Below the pieces are notes generated by a model that made no database searches, had not been told where the DNA came from, and saw only the letters and a program-made list of their open reading frames with translations. A stretch of DNA of 63,668 nucleotides, filler included, from Octopus bimaculoides (Eukaryota), in the NCBI RefSeq assembly GCF_001194135.2. It is 4 parts of 4 records of this genome, joined end to end, with 100 filler letters (N's around TTAATTAATTAA, not from the genome) between each part and the next. Parts side by side here need not be neighbours in the genome. Positions count along the whole stretch, not along the records: positions 23,326 to 35,610 come from NC_068987.1; positions 35,711 to 48,741 come from NC_068995.1; 2 more parts are not named here. One strand, written 5' to 3'. Below, piece after piece: positions 28,438 to 39,402 of the stretch (the first letter of the stretch is position 1; each line of letters opens with the position of its first letter). The translations under genes and the position numbers were made by a program.

Positions 28438-28700
28438 GGCTTCTTGCACCCACTACACTCTCTGAGTGGTTGGCGTTAGGAAGGGCATCCAGCTGTAGAA
28501 ACTCTGCCAAATTAGATTGGAGCCTGGTGTTGCCATCCGGTTTCACCAGTCCTCAATCAAATCGTCCAACCCATGCTAGCATGGAAAGCGGACGTTAAAC
28601 GATGATGATGATGATGATGAAATCCACTCACATGGCTTTGGTCGGGTACCTGCCCAAGGTGCTACACAGAGGGACTGAACCCAGAACCATGTGGATGGAA
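28070..28700. mobile_element. Two opposed, CpG-decayed family A SINEs with a nested young family D copy (28447-28619)
   Basis: Plus-strand head 28070-28205; minus copy 28220-28700 split by the insertion. Confidence 0.75.
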
Positions 28701-28913
28701 ATATATATTTATAATTTATGCAGACAATTTTAATACCAAAATTTGGTTGAGAGTATGGGTGTCAAGGATTTTATCAAATTTAGTATGGTTGATAATTCAT
28801 AGTTGCAAGGACTGTAGCAGATGAAGGAACTTCATAATATTATCAGTAGTAGTAATGACTACAAAAAATAGTGCCATTTCAGTTTATAAAACCCAGAAGT
28901 TTAATGTACTTAC

Positions 28914-28968
28914 CATTTTGGCTTCTGCCATTGAATGGTCGATATTATCATTTAGGCAGATGAACTTT
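28914..28968 (-). CDS. GNPTAB: GNPTAB exon (55 nt): KFICLNDNIDHSMAEAKM (Stealth CR4)
   Basis: Acceptor ttttaattgcag, donor gtaagt; human KFVCLNDNIDHNHKDAQT; phases compatible on both sides. Confidence 0.96.
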
Positions 28969-29451
28969 CTGCAATTAAAATACAAAAACAAACATTAGAA
29001 TAGAATAAGTAATTTTCTTGTAATATCATACAAGGATTCTTCAGCGACAAGGAATTGAGTATGGAGACAAAATATCAGGAGTACAAATGCTATACTCGGA
29101 TATGAAGACATTATCAGAAAGCAATTCATTTTGGGAATGCTAAGTAATATTGAGAAACAGTAGCCATAAAGGACAAAATGTTAGGGAACTTACCATTCAT
29201 ATCACTTACTATTGTCATGAAGAAGATGTAATAAATCTGTTTGCTTCATTTCAGTTTGTTTAGCTGATAATAAATCTCATACTTACTTCATGACTGGAGA
29301 AAAAACACACTCACCAATGGAAGCAATGTAGATATTTACTAAAAAATTGAAAAAAAAAAAAAAAAAAAAACCCATCCAGACTAGCATGGATAAAATAAGA
29401 GTGATCAGCATAATTAATAAATAAATAGAAAAATAAAAATAAGAGACTAAC

Positions 29452-29550
29452 TTCGGATGTTTGCGAATGTCATCGAGCTGTGCAACAACTAATGAAATGT
29501 TGGTCTTTATCATTTTGAAAGCAATTTCTCCATCTCCACTTGTCACATGT
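29452..29550 (-). CDS. GNPTAB: GNPTAB exon (99 nt): (R)[32 protein letters not shown](K)
   Basis: Acceptor ttttttcttgcccag, donor gttagt; human [29 protein letters not shown]. Confidence 0.96.
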
Positions 29551-29617
29551 CTGGGCAAGAAAAAACAAAGATTCAAACATTACAAATGGTTTACAAACTT
29601 TTCAATGATTGAAATAC

Positions 29618-29621
29618 CTAT
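29618..29621 (-). CDS. GNPTAB: Last 4 nt of a GNPTAB exon otherwise hidden in the N gap 29622-30375
   Basis: Minus strand at gap edge reads ATAG|gtattt; (T)AT AG|A would give Tyr-Arg as in human KNKYR, in the phase 2 needed by the next exon; implied intron 29551-29617 (67 nt). Confidence 0.65.
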
Positions 29622-31129
29622 NNNNNNNNNNNNNNNNNNNNNNNNNNNNNNNNNNNNNNNNNNNNNNNNNNNNNNNNNNNNNNNNNNNNNNNNNNNNNNN
29701 NNNNNNNNNNNNNNNNNNNNNNNNNNNNNNNNNNNNNNNNNNNNNNNNNNNNNNNNNNNNNNNNNNNNNNNNNNNNNNNNNNNNNNNNNNNNNNNNNNNN
29801 NNNNNNNNNNNNNNNNNNNNNNNNNNNNNNNNNNNNNNNNNNNNNNNNNNNNNNNNNNNNNNNNNNNNNNNNNNNNNNNNNNNNNNNNNNNNNNNNNNNN
29901 NNNNNNNNNNNNNNNNNNNNNNNNNNNNNNNNNNNNNNNNNNNNNNNNNNNNNNNNNNNNNNNNNNNNNNNNNNNNNNNNNNNNNNNNNNNNNNNNNNNN
30001 NNNNNNNNNNNNNNNNNNNNNNNNNNNNNNNNNNNNNNNNNNNNNNNNNNNNNNNNNNNNNNNNNNNNNNNNNNNNNNNNNNNNNNNNNNNNNNNNNNNN
30101 NNNNNNNNNNNNNNNNNNNNNNNNNNNNNNNNNNNNNNNNNNNNNNNNNNNNNNNNNNNNNNNNNNNNNNNNNNNNNNNNNNNNNNNNNNNNNNNNNNNN
30201 NNNNNNNNNNNNNNNNNNNNNNNNNNNNNNNNNNNNNNNNNNNNNNNNNNNNNNNNNNNNNNNNNNNNNNNNNNNNNNNNNNNNNNNNNNNNNNNNNNNN
30301 NNNNNNNNNNNNNNNNNNNNNNNNNNNNNNNNNNNNNNNNNNNNNNNNNNNNNNNNNNNNNNNNNNNNNNNNNNNGAGAGAGAGAGAGAGAGAGAGGGGG
30401 GGGGGAGAGAGAGAGAGAGTAAGAAAAAGAAAAAAAAGAGATGAAAGAGAGAAAAAGAAAGTGAAACTACAAGAGATGTGTTGGCAGCTTGTGATAACTA
30501 TAGAATATATAAATTGAGGAAAGCATTTCAAGTATTGTTGAAGACTAAGGGCAGATTAAGCCAAACATGAAGAAATATGGTAGCTAGTAGGTTTTTAATG
30601 TTAGAATACATGGACACAAAAGAAAAGCGAAAACAAAGCAATGAAATCATGTAAAATGTACATGTTTCTACATATTAACATGGAAACAAATTGCTTGTAT
30701 GTGTTTTAGCAGCCAAATCTCTCTTGAACCACACCCAACCATCTTAAAAGAAGGAAGGACACATTGGAGAAAAGAACATATTAGGTAGACTTGGTAGGAA
30801 AATTTTTCACCATAGGTCTGCTTAATGAGGTTTACTTCGTGTTTAACAACAACAACAACAAAACACACAAATTGAGTATTTGACCTTCACGTCTTACCAA
30901 GATCTGCAAGAGCTGGTTTAATGAACAAAATAAAAAATTTTTTTTATGGTTTTGGAGAACAAAATGTAAAGAACTTGCATCATATAAGGATGACAGTAAA
31001 GTCAAAAAAGAATTACAGCATTAGTGAAGCAGGATTGCAGTTTGTAGAAGCTGCACAGAAGTGTTACTATAGCAACAATGCAAGCAGTTTAACAGTGTAA
31101 ATATAATATTACTTAAAATAACTACTTAC

Positions 31130-31276
31130 CATATTGATTTCATAGTATTTTTCAGTTGAATCTCTTACTTTACTTTTATTTTTTGATGACAGTACTGAAG
31201 ATGGTGATGATTCTGATGATGATGATGAAAATGATTTTGAGCAGTTTATAAAAATATTTTCAAGTTTCAGCAATGT
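31130..31276 (-). CDS. GNPTAB: GNPTAB exon (147 nt): TLLKLENIFINCSKSFSSSSSESSPSSVLSSKNKSKVRDSTEKYYEINM
   Basis: Acceptor tttctattgcag, donor gtaagt; phase 0-0; ends align to human DLTGLEHMLINCSK...ESYYDPNL. Confidence 0.9.
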
Positions 31277-31703
31277 CTGCAATAGAAACACGATATTGAT
31301 AAATGAAAATAACAAACACAAGGAAATACAAATAAATAATTCATGGCATGTGGCCTAGTCTTTTGATTTGGTTTGTGATGGGTTTGATTTGTGGACAGGG
31401 CAGTGCATTGTTGATATTGGGCAAGGCACTTCATTTCATGTTGTGGAGGCATGTGGCTTAGTGGTTAGAGTGTTGGACTTCTGTTCATAAGATTATGGTT
31501 TCAATTCCTGGGCCAGGTGATGCATTATGTTCTTGAACAAAACGCTTCCTTTCACATTGCTCCAGTCCACTCAACTGGCAAAAATGAACAATTCTGTGAT
31601 AGACTAGCGTCCCATCGAGGTGGGGAATTTATGTGCCATGGAAACCAGCCCTTATGAATTGGCATAACTCAAGAAAATGAAAGTAAAATGAACAAATACT
31701 TAC

Positions 31704-31770
31704 ATTTAAGTCTAATGGAAGATCAAACAATCTTGTAGCTAAAGTTCTGATTTCACGATCCGAGAGAATA
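31704..31770 (-). CDS. GNPTAB: GNPTAB exon (67 nt): (G)[22 protein letters not shown]
   Basis: Acceptor ctttttaccttcag, donor gtaagt; phase 2 joins previous exon (GG|T); completes EF-hand loop DTDSSGILSDRE; human [23 protein letters not shown]. Confidence 0.95.
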
Positions 31771-34100
31771 CTGAAGGTAAAAAGAAAAGAGTATATAATA
31801 TATACAGATGCATACTTAACTTATATGCATATATTACAACTAACTCCATAAGCCAACTTATATATGGATGTTCGACCTGCTAGAAATAAAAGCCAAATCA
31901 CCCTCAAACTACATTTAATTGACTTTAAAATGATACAATTTTCATAAATTTCTAACATCTAAATATATAAGTTATAAATAAAATGTAGATCCAAAGCCCA
32001 AAGAAATTGGTGGTGATCCATATCAACAGAAGTTAATCTGTAAAAAATTGTCAGTGCCTTTTGAAAAAAAAGCTGTGTGTGGAACAAAAAATAATACTGG
32101 TTAAAAAAAAAATGAAAAGGAATTAATGATACATTTAAAGTGAGTCATACCAGAAGATTTCAAACATAAGCAGATATCTGTTGAAATTGAAAACAATCCA
32201 GTTGCTAAGAAAGTTAAAATGGACATAGAAAACGCAAGCCATTTTGTGATTGGGGATACTAAACAAGTCCTCCTCAAAAAGACTCCAGATGAAATGTTGA
32301 TGGAAGTGACTAGTGAAGAACACATTGTAGAAAATTCTGAAATTAGAGAATCTGAGCCATCTGTTACAGGAAACAGTCTTTCTACTGAAAATGCTTTGTT
32401 GAGGAATCGTTCTAATGCAAAAACTTAAAAAGATAATGAAAGTTTGCAGGTAACTGATCCAGTTTCTGCCGAGAAAAGTGTAATGAAGGGAAAAGTCATA
32501 GAAATGAAAAATATATATACTGTGAAGAAATAATAAATATAATTCTATGAGGAGAAAGGAAAAATAATTCTGTGTGGAAGAAAAAGAAATGGAATACAAA
32601 AAAAAAAAAATGTGTGTGGGAAAAAAAAAATCTCAAGGGGGGGGGTTGTGAGGTGCTTGTGTGGTGCCACATGAAAAACATCCAGCACACTCTGTAAAGT
32701 GGTTGGTGTTAGAAAGGACATATCAGATTGGAGCCAAGTGCAGCTCTCCAGCTCTGGTTAAACTGTCCAGCCCATGCCAACATGGACAATAGACTTTAAA
32801 TGATGATGATGATGATGACATAACTGTATCATTCTTCACGGATTCCTCTTATTTGGTGATGGATGAAGGATATCATCATCATTGTTTTAATGCCTATTTT
32901 TTCATTCTTGCATGGGTCGTCAGACAGAATTTGGTGAGGCAGGTTTTCTATGATTGCACGCCCTCCCTATTGCCAATCCTTGCCTGTTTCCAAGCAAGGT
33001 AATATTTTCCCAAGACTAGACACTTTCACAGAAAACTAGTAATGAAGGATACCATGATGGTGACAGTTGCTTACAACTAACATGCCATGTCAAGGAAGGA
33101 GACAGTAACACACACAAATATAGAAAGTTGACACAACAGGGTTTTGTAACTTAACATCAAGGGGGTCACCAGTTTGTGTCCAACCACTGTCATACACTGG
33201 CATGTATGATTGTCTTCATGGTGAGGAAATATTTATCTCTATCTATCTATCTATCTATCTATCTACCGATAGGATAGAAACAATGTAAGGCACAGGCACA
33301 GCCATTGTCAGTATTTGAATATGAAACAGGTGGATATATGTTTTGCTCCTTTACACTACTGGATTCAAATGTTGCCATTAAGAAAACCTGTGTAAGAAAT
33401 GTCTAGCACAGAGAAAAAGATATTTCACAATTATCTAATAACTTAGAAACATGGGTGTTTCATTCACCATCCTTAATTCTTATTCAGGGACCTTCTGACT
33501 AGGAGGGCTATTTGACCTGAAAATTCTAACTGAACCCTCACCTGAAAGGTCATGTGCTGTTTATCTTGATATGAAGACACCATGTCACACATATATGGTT
33601 GTGATACATGTGCTTAATGTACTCTTATCAGAGGGTAGTCATGATGGGTGCATTGTGCTTCATATATTTGCATCCCAGCATCACCTTGATGGCATGTGCT
33701 GTTCTCTCACTCGACAATAAAAATAAATCTGTGACCATGAACAACACCAGTTTTGAAACCGTGACTGGCTTACGTCAATCTAAGGTGTACTAAATATGAA
33801 AATAGACTCTAAGCATTAACTCAATCTGTTAGAAATAGCAACTAAATTGCTTCAAATTGTATCCTATCACCTTATAAAAAGGTGATTGGACAACATAGTC
33901 TTATGAACAAAAATACAAGATGATCATGGCAGGAACACTTTTGATCAAGGATTTGCTCAATCAAGGCAGACTCGAGGTAACACAACAACAATAGCAACAT
34001 AGACCTGCTCAACCAAGGCTGAATTGAGGCTAAACAGCAGCTGCCAACATCATCATCAAAGGTCTGCTAAATGAGGACTGACTAAAACATTTATATTTAC

Positions 34101-34253
34101 CCTGATGAATCTGTGTCCATTTCATCAAAGATTTGTTCGGCAGTTATGTTTTCTTTCACACCAATTAAATAGTAGAAGTAGGCAAATGCAAACTGCATAT
34201 CATTTGAGCTGCGCACTTTATGTGATGACGTGATAGCCCACTGTTCAGGAAAA
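34101..34253 (-). CDS. GNPTAB: GNPTAB exon (153 nt): FPEQWAITSSHKVRSSNDMQFAFAYFYYLIGVKENITAEQIFDEMDTDSS(G)
   Basis: Acceptor tttcttttcag, donor gtaaat; open frame; matches recalled human [51 protein letters not shown] (Stealth CR3 into EF-hand). Upstream exons are not in this scaffold. Confidence 0.95.
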
Positions 34254-35366
34254 CTGAAAAGAAATTATAGATACATTAAAATAGTTATACAAATATTAAG
34301 TGTTAAACCACTGCCTACCCTGACACATCTTTGAAGCACACTGATTTTATTCTCAAATAAAAACAATACAAGTTATTACACACTCTCTCGCACACATATT
34401 GTTACTGTATCCAATGCCATTTAATGCAAAGCGATTCTTCATATTCTCACTAGCCTTGTCTGTTCTGTGCATTTACCCAGTTGTGATCTCCCCTTTCTCC
34501 CTGCATTGTCTTGAGACATGTAGGCACCTAGATCACCATCAGGCTGAGAGCAAAGCATGTGACCTAACCATTACTACTACTACTACTACTACTACTATTC
34601 ATCATTATTTCTTCATCCAAAAAGCAGTGGGCTGGCAAAATTGTTAGTGCATTGGTAAAAATTACTGACATTCATTCCAGCTTGTTACATTCTGAGTTCA
34701 AATCCCACCAAGGATTTTATTCCATTGCAGTGCACTATAGCCTCAAGATGACCATCACCTTATGAGTGGAAAATGGAAGACAGAAACATAGTACACACAC
34801 ACATACAGACACACACGCACACACATTCACCACTTAAAAGGTGGTTGTTGAGTTAGAACACAAAAACTGGGATATTTACCAAGAATGAATATTTTACCTA
34901 TTGGTATTAATAATACCTCTGTTGCTCTATTTCTTAATAAACCCACTAGCCTTTAGTAACATCAGCAACTGTTTTGGCTCTGTAATTCTATGTACATCAT
35001 TAGCATGGCAGTTGCTGCTATTTCTAGCTGCTTGACAAGGCCAAATTAGGTCAAAATCATGTGATCTGGTATTCCAAACAGTGGAAGTAGTGGTGATTGT
35101 CTGTCACTGGTGATATCTATGATGCGCTTTTATGCACCAAATAACCATATATACATACACAATTACATAGACAGACTTCCACACAATTTCCATTTACCAA
35201 ATTCACTCACAAGGCATTGATTGGCCTAGGAATTATAGTAGAAAACATTTGCCTGAGGTGCCATGCAATGAGACTGAATCTGAAACAACCTGGTTGCAAA
35301 GTGAGTTTCTTAACCACACATCCATGTCTGCATGTGTACACATACATACACACCCACAAATACATG

Positions 35367-35610
35367 TTTCGAGTGGGATCGTTTGCCAGTGCCCCCGGAC
35401 TGGCTCATGTGCGGGAGACACATGAAATCTTTCGAGCGGGATCGTTGCTAGTGCCCCTGGACTGGCTCATGTGCGGGCGACACATGATATCTTTCGTGCG
35501 AGATCGTTGCCAGTGCCCATGGACTGGCTCTTGTGCGAGTGACACATGAGGTTTTTCGAGCGAGATCGTTGCCGGTGCCACTGGACTGGCTCATGTGCGG
35601 GTGACACATG
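35367..35610 (+). repeat. 62-bp tandem repeat, 4 copies, running into the scaffold end
   Basis: Unit tttcgagcgggatcgttgccagtgcccctggactggctcatgtgcgggtgacacatgaNNtc; gtgcgggtgacac also opens the SINE at 23326. Confidence 0.9.
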
Positions 35611-35710
35611 NNNNNNNNNNNNNNNNNNNNNNNNNNNNNNNNNNNNNNNNNNNNTTAATTAATTAANNNNNNNNNNNNNNNNNNNNNNNNNNNNNNNNNN
35701 NNNNNNNNNN
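35611..35710. other. Artificial scaffold-joining linker
   Basis: 44 N + TTAATTAATTAA (35655-35666) + 44 N. Confidence 0.95.
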
Positions 35711-36032
35711 TACTATAGCCTCGGGCCGACCAAAGCCTTGTGAGTGGATTTGGTAGACGGAAACTGAAAGAAGCTCGTCGTATATATGTATATATATATA
35801 TGTATGTGTGTGTATTTGTGTGTCTGTGTTTGTCCCCCTAGCATTGCTTGACAACCGATGCTGGTGTGTTTATGTCCCCGTAACTTAGCGGTTCGGCAAA
35901 AGATACCGATAGAATAAGTACTAGGCTTACAAAGAATAAGTCCCGGGGTCGATTTGCTCGACTAAAGGCGGTGCTCCAGCATGGCCGCAGTCAAATGACT
36001 GAAACAAATAAAAGAATAAAAGAATAAAAGAA
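35711..36032 (+). mobile_element. SINE family A, young, 5' end cut by scaffold start
   Basis: Near-consensus, CpGs retained. Confidence 0.85.
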
Positions 36033-37449
36033 TATATAAAATACATATTATATATATATATGTATAATATATAAAATATATATATATTTATATATATAAT
36101 ATATATATATTATATATATAATATATATATAATTTATAAGAAATAGTGGGGTGTTAATGGCCATTGATGCACGAGGAAAGTGATGAGGTTTCAGGTAACA
36201 TTAAAAACCGTTTTGTGAAATAGTACGTAAAAGATTGCTGAGCGGGAAAACGTTGACTGATGATACAAACATCACGTATTTCTTTTTATTCCATTTATTC
36301 AATTCAATTTTGATATATTTCCTTAATAACTGCTTTACATTTATAAATTTTGAACATTTAATCTAAGTTCTTATTTGCCTACTCTTTTTTTTTTTCCGAC
36401 ATTCTTTTTAACCTATATTATATATCTGAGTATTAAAAAAATATATTGGAATTACTACTGTGTTAAAGTAGATCCTGAAAAATGTCTCAGTATCAACAGG
36501 TGCAAAGCGTGCTATAGGCAGAATATTAATAGGATACAGAAGCACCGTTTGATCGAATCGATCTTTCTTAGTTTATGAACCCTTCTTCGTGACAGGACAA
36601 ACACTCAAGACAGTTCCTACTGTTTGAGTTAACCTCACGCTGTCGCACGTGGACCAAATTTATTGTATCGATTTGATGATATCTAGTCATTAGACGTAGT
36701 AGGATAGTTGTACAAGGTACAACTGCCAACAAATATTGAACATATTGCGTCGAATGACTGTAATCCTACAGTCTTTTGCAACCAAGCTAATATTTAACAC
36801 AGATGATTGCAATTTTTTGTTGTAAGAACGCTTAATAAATTATATTACGAATGTTGATTCATTGCAGGGAAATGAACATGTGTAAGTACATCTGAGAATA
36901 ATTTATATATACTAGGCGAAAATATAGGTGAATATATGTCAGTCTCTGAATAGAGCAGTCGAATGATTGTCTGTTTGAGGATAAGTCGTCAGCTTTGACT
37001 CTGTCATTCTCACTTTATGTAAAGTCGGTTTAAAAAAAAAAAAAGAAAAAAAAAAGAAAGGGGTGGAAAGTTTTTAGTACTAAGTGGCATACTATCTTAG
37101 GATTCGATCAGACAGATTTCTTATTTTGGAACAGAACAAATACATTTCGAGACGGGTATGTAGGTGCGATCGCCCAAAGGATATTAGCTAGAATAAAAGT
37201 AAAGTGGTTTATGGCAAGATTTGAACTCAGAACATAAAGTGAGGTTACATCATTCTATAAGACATTAATTCTGTCACACAATCGTTTCTGACATTCAACA
37301 GATAAAAAAAACCCCAGGGAATGTCATATCTTGCAATATATTTTACCATTACTTCTACGCAATCATCTTAGAAATAGCAGTCAAATCTCCCTCAACAGAA
37401 ACTAACTTCTTAAAAACAGAACAGGAGACAATGTTGTAATTGTAGTTAC

Positions 37450-38215
37450 GGATCCTTTCCTTTTCATGGTCAGCTCGATTAATTAATTTTTTAAAACTAA
37501 ACACTTTGAAACTTCGTATACTGATAGAATGTGTCATATAGAATATCTTTTACTNNNNNNNNNNNNNNNNNNNNNNNNNNNNNNNNNNNNNNNNNNNNNN
37601 NNNNNNNNNNNNNNNNNNNNNNNNNNNNNNNNNNNNNNNNNNNNNNNNNNNNNNNNNNNNNNNNNNNNNNNNNNNNNNNNNNNNNNNNNNNNNNNNNNNN
37701 NNNNNNNNNNNNNNNNNNNNNNNNNNNNNNNNNNNNNNNNNNNNNNNNNNNNNNNNNNNNNNNNNNNNNNNNNNNNAATTGGAGGGGGAGGGGTAAGGTG
37801 GGGGCAAAAAATTTCAGGAAAACAGGAAAAAGAAACCTAAAAGCTGTAGAAATGCACAAACAATTATGGTGGTGTCATGAAGTAAACGTGTTTCAGATAC
37901 ACTCGTTTTATTCATACGAACATAACCGAGATGAAATATGTCATAAATAACAGTGACAAACGAAATATACACCGCTGGAAGTTGTTGACAAACAACAGCC
38001 GTAATTTTATTCAGCTGAATACACGGCATTGATTGGTTGAAATTACCGAAATACGACAACTTTAACACGAAATAACTTCGTAAATAGAAACTTTTCTCAA
38101 CAACGCTAAGAGTAAAAGATGTTCTATATGACACATTCTACCAGTATATGAAGTTTCAAAGTGTTTAGTTAAAGAAAATTAATTAATCGAACTGCCCATG
38201 AAAAGGAAAAGATCC
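37450..38215. mobile_element. MITE with about 105-bp TIRs starting GGATC and an 8-bp TSD
   Basis: 37450-37554 is the inverted match of about 38111-38215; flanks gtagttac / ctagttac (7/8); no ORF; internal N gap. Confidence 0.85.
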
Positions 38216-38487
38216 CTAGTTACACATAAAAAGATGAGAATGTCAGGCCTGCTTGGTTCTATTTGATGCTAAATAGCATCACCACCAACAAAAATATATT
38301 TGGATGTTTTGTTATTCCAGTCTCGAGTGTTGGCGTGGATCGGGGTGTAAATACCGAAAGAGTAGACAGGTGTGTATGTTGTGCCGTGAGATAAAGCAGA
38401 AAAAGTAGAAATTAATGTTTGAGTAGGACTATTGTTTGATGAAGAGGGGCAATGTATAACATCTGTAAAGAGATCTCAACATATTCG

Positions 38488-38905
38488 GGATCTATTTTAA
38501 AACGGGGGCCACATTTTTCATTAATGTTTTACGTAGTGTTTTTGGTACGGAAAGACTTTCAAACTTCGTATACTTATCTATTTTGTGTTATAGAACAGAA
38601 AAATATTTTTGTATTCGAATTTATTTCATGTAAAAAATTGTCTTATTTCGATAATTTCAACCAATCACTGACAAGTATTCAGTTGTTTATATTTACTCCT
38701 TTGGCTGATTAAGCGATGTAAAGCGTATTTAATCTCCATACCTTTGTTTTATTTGCTTTAACCCTAACCCTAACCCTAACCCTAGGGTTAGGGTTAGGGT
38801 TAATTGTTTCAGAATCGTTTGTTTATGTAGTCGGCACTTAATGTATATCGGCTGAATGGACGTCAGTGATTGGTTGAAATTACAGAAATACGACAACTTT
38901 AACAG
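38488..38905. mobile_element. Related GGATC-terminus non-autonomous DNA element (one end only) with internal telomeric-repeat palindrome
   Basis: Starts GGATCT, shares the tttcaaacttcgtatact sub-terminal motif and caaccaatca core with the 37450 MITE; cut off by a SINE fragment. Confidence 0.65.
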
Positions 38906-39402
38906 TACTTAAAAAAAAAACTCTGATTGCTAAGTTACGGGGANNNNNNNNNNTTTTAAAACGGGGGCCACATTTTTCATTAATGTTTTACGTAGTGTTT
39001 TTGGTACGGAAAGACTTTCAAACTTCGTATACTTATCTATTTTGTGTTATAGAACAGAAAAATATTTTTGTATTCGAATTTATTTCATGTAAAAAATTGT
39101 CTTATTTCGATAATTTCAACCAATCACTGACAAGTATTCAGTTGTTTATATTTACTCCTTTGGCTGATTAAGCGATGTAAAGCGTATTTAATCTCCATAC
39201 CTTTGTTTTATTTGCTTTAACCCTAACCCTAACCCTAACCCTAGGGTTAGGGTTAGGGTTAATTGTTTCAGAATCGTTTGTTTATGTAGTCGGCACTTAA
39301 TGTATATCGGCTGAATGGACGTCAGTGATTGGTTGAAATTACAGAAATACGACAACTTTAACAGTACTTAAAAAAAAAACTCTGATTGCTAAGTTACGGG
39401 GA
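38495..39402. repeat. Exact 449-bp direct duplication around a 10-N gap (probable unmerged contig overlap)
   Basis: 38495-38943 equals 38954-39402 with no difference seen. Confidence 0.85.

Noticed and set aside
38759-38802. Telomere fusion site or true telomere
   Set aside because: Orientation is CCCTAA then TTAGGG (a fusion gives the reverse), only 7 units, and it is embedded in a transposon-like element.
38495-39402. Apparent tandem duplication of the telomeric-palindrome element
   Set aside because: 100% identity either side of a 10-N gap indicates an unmerged contig overlap.
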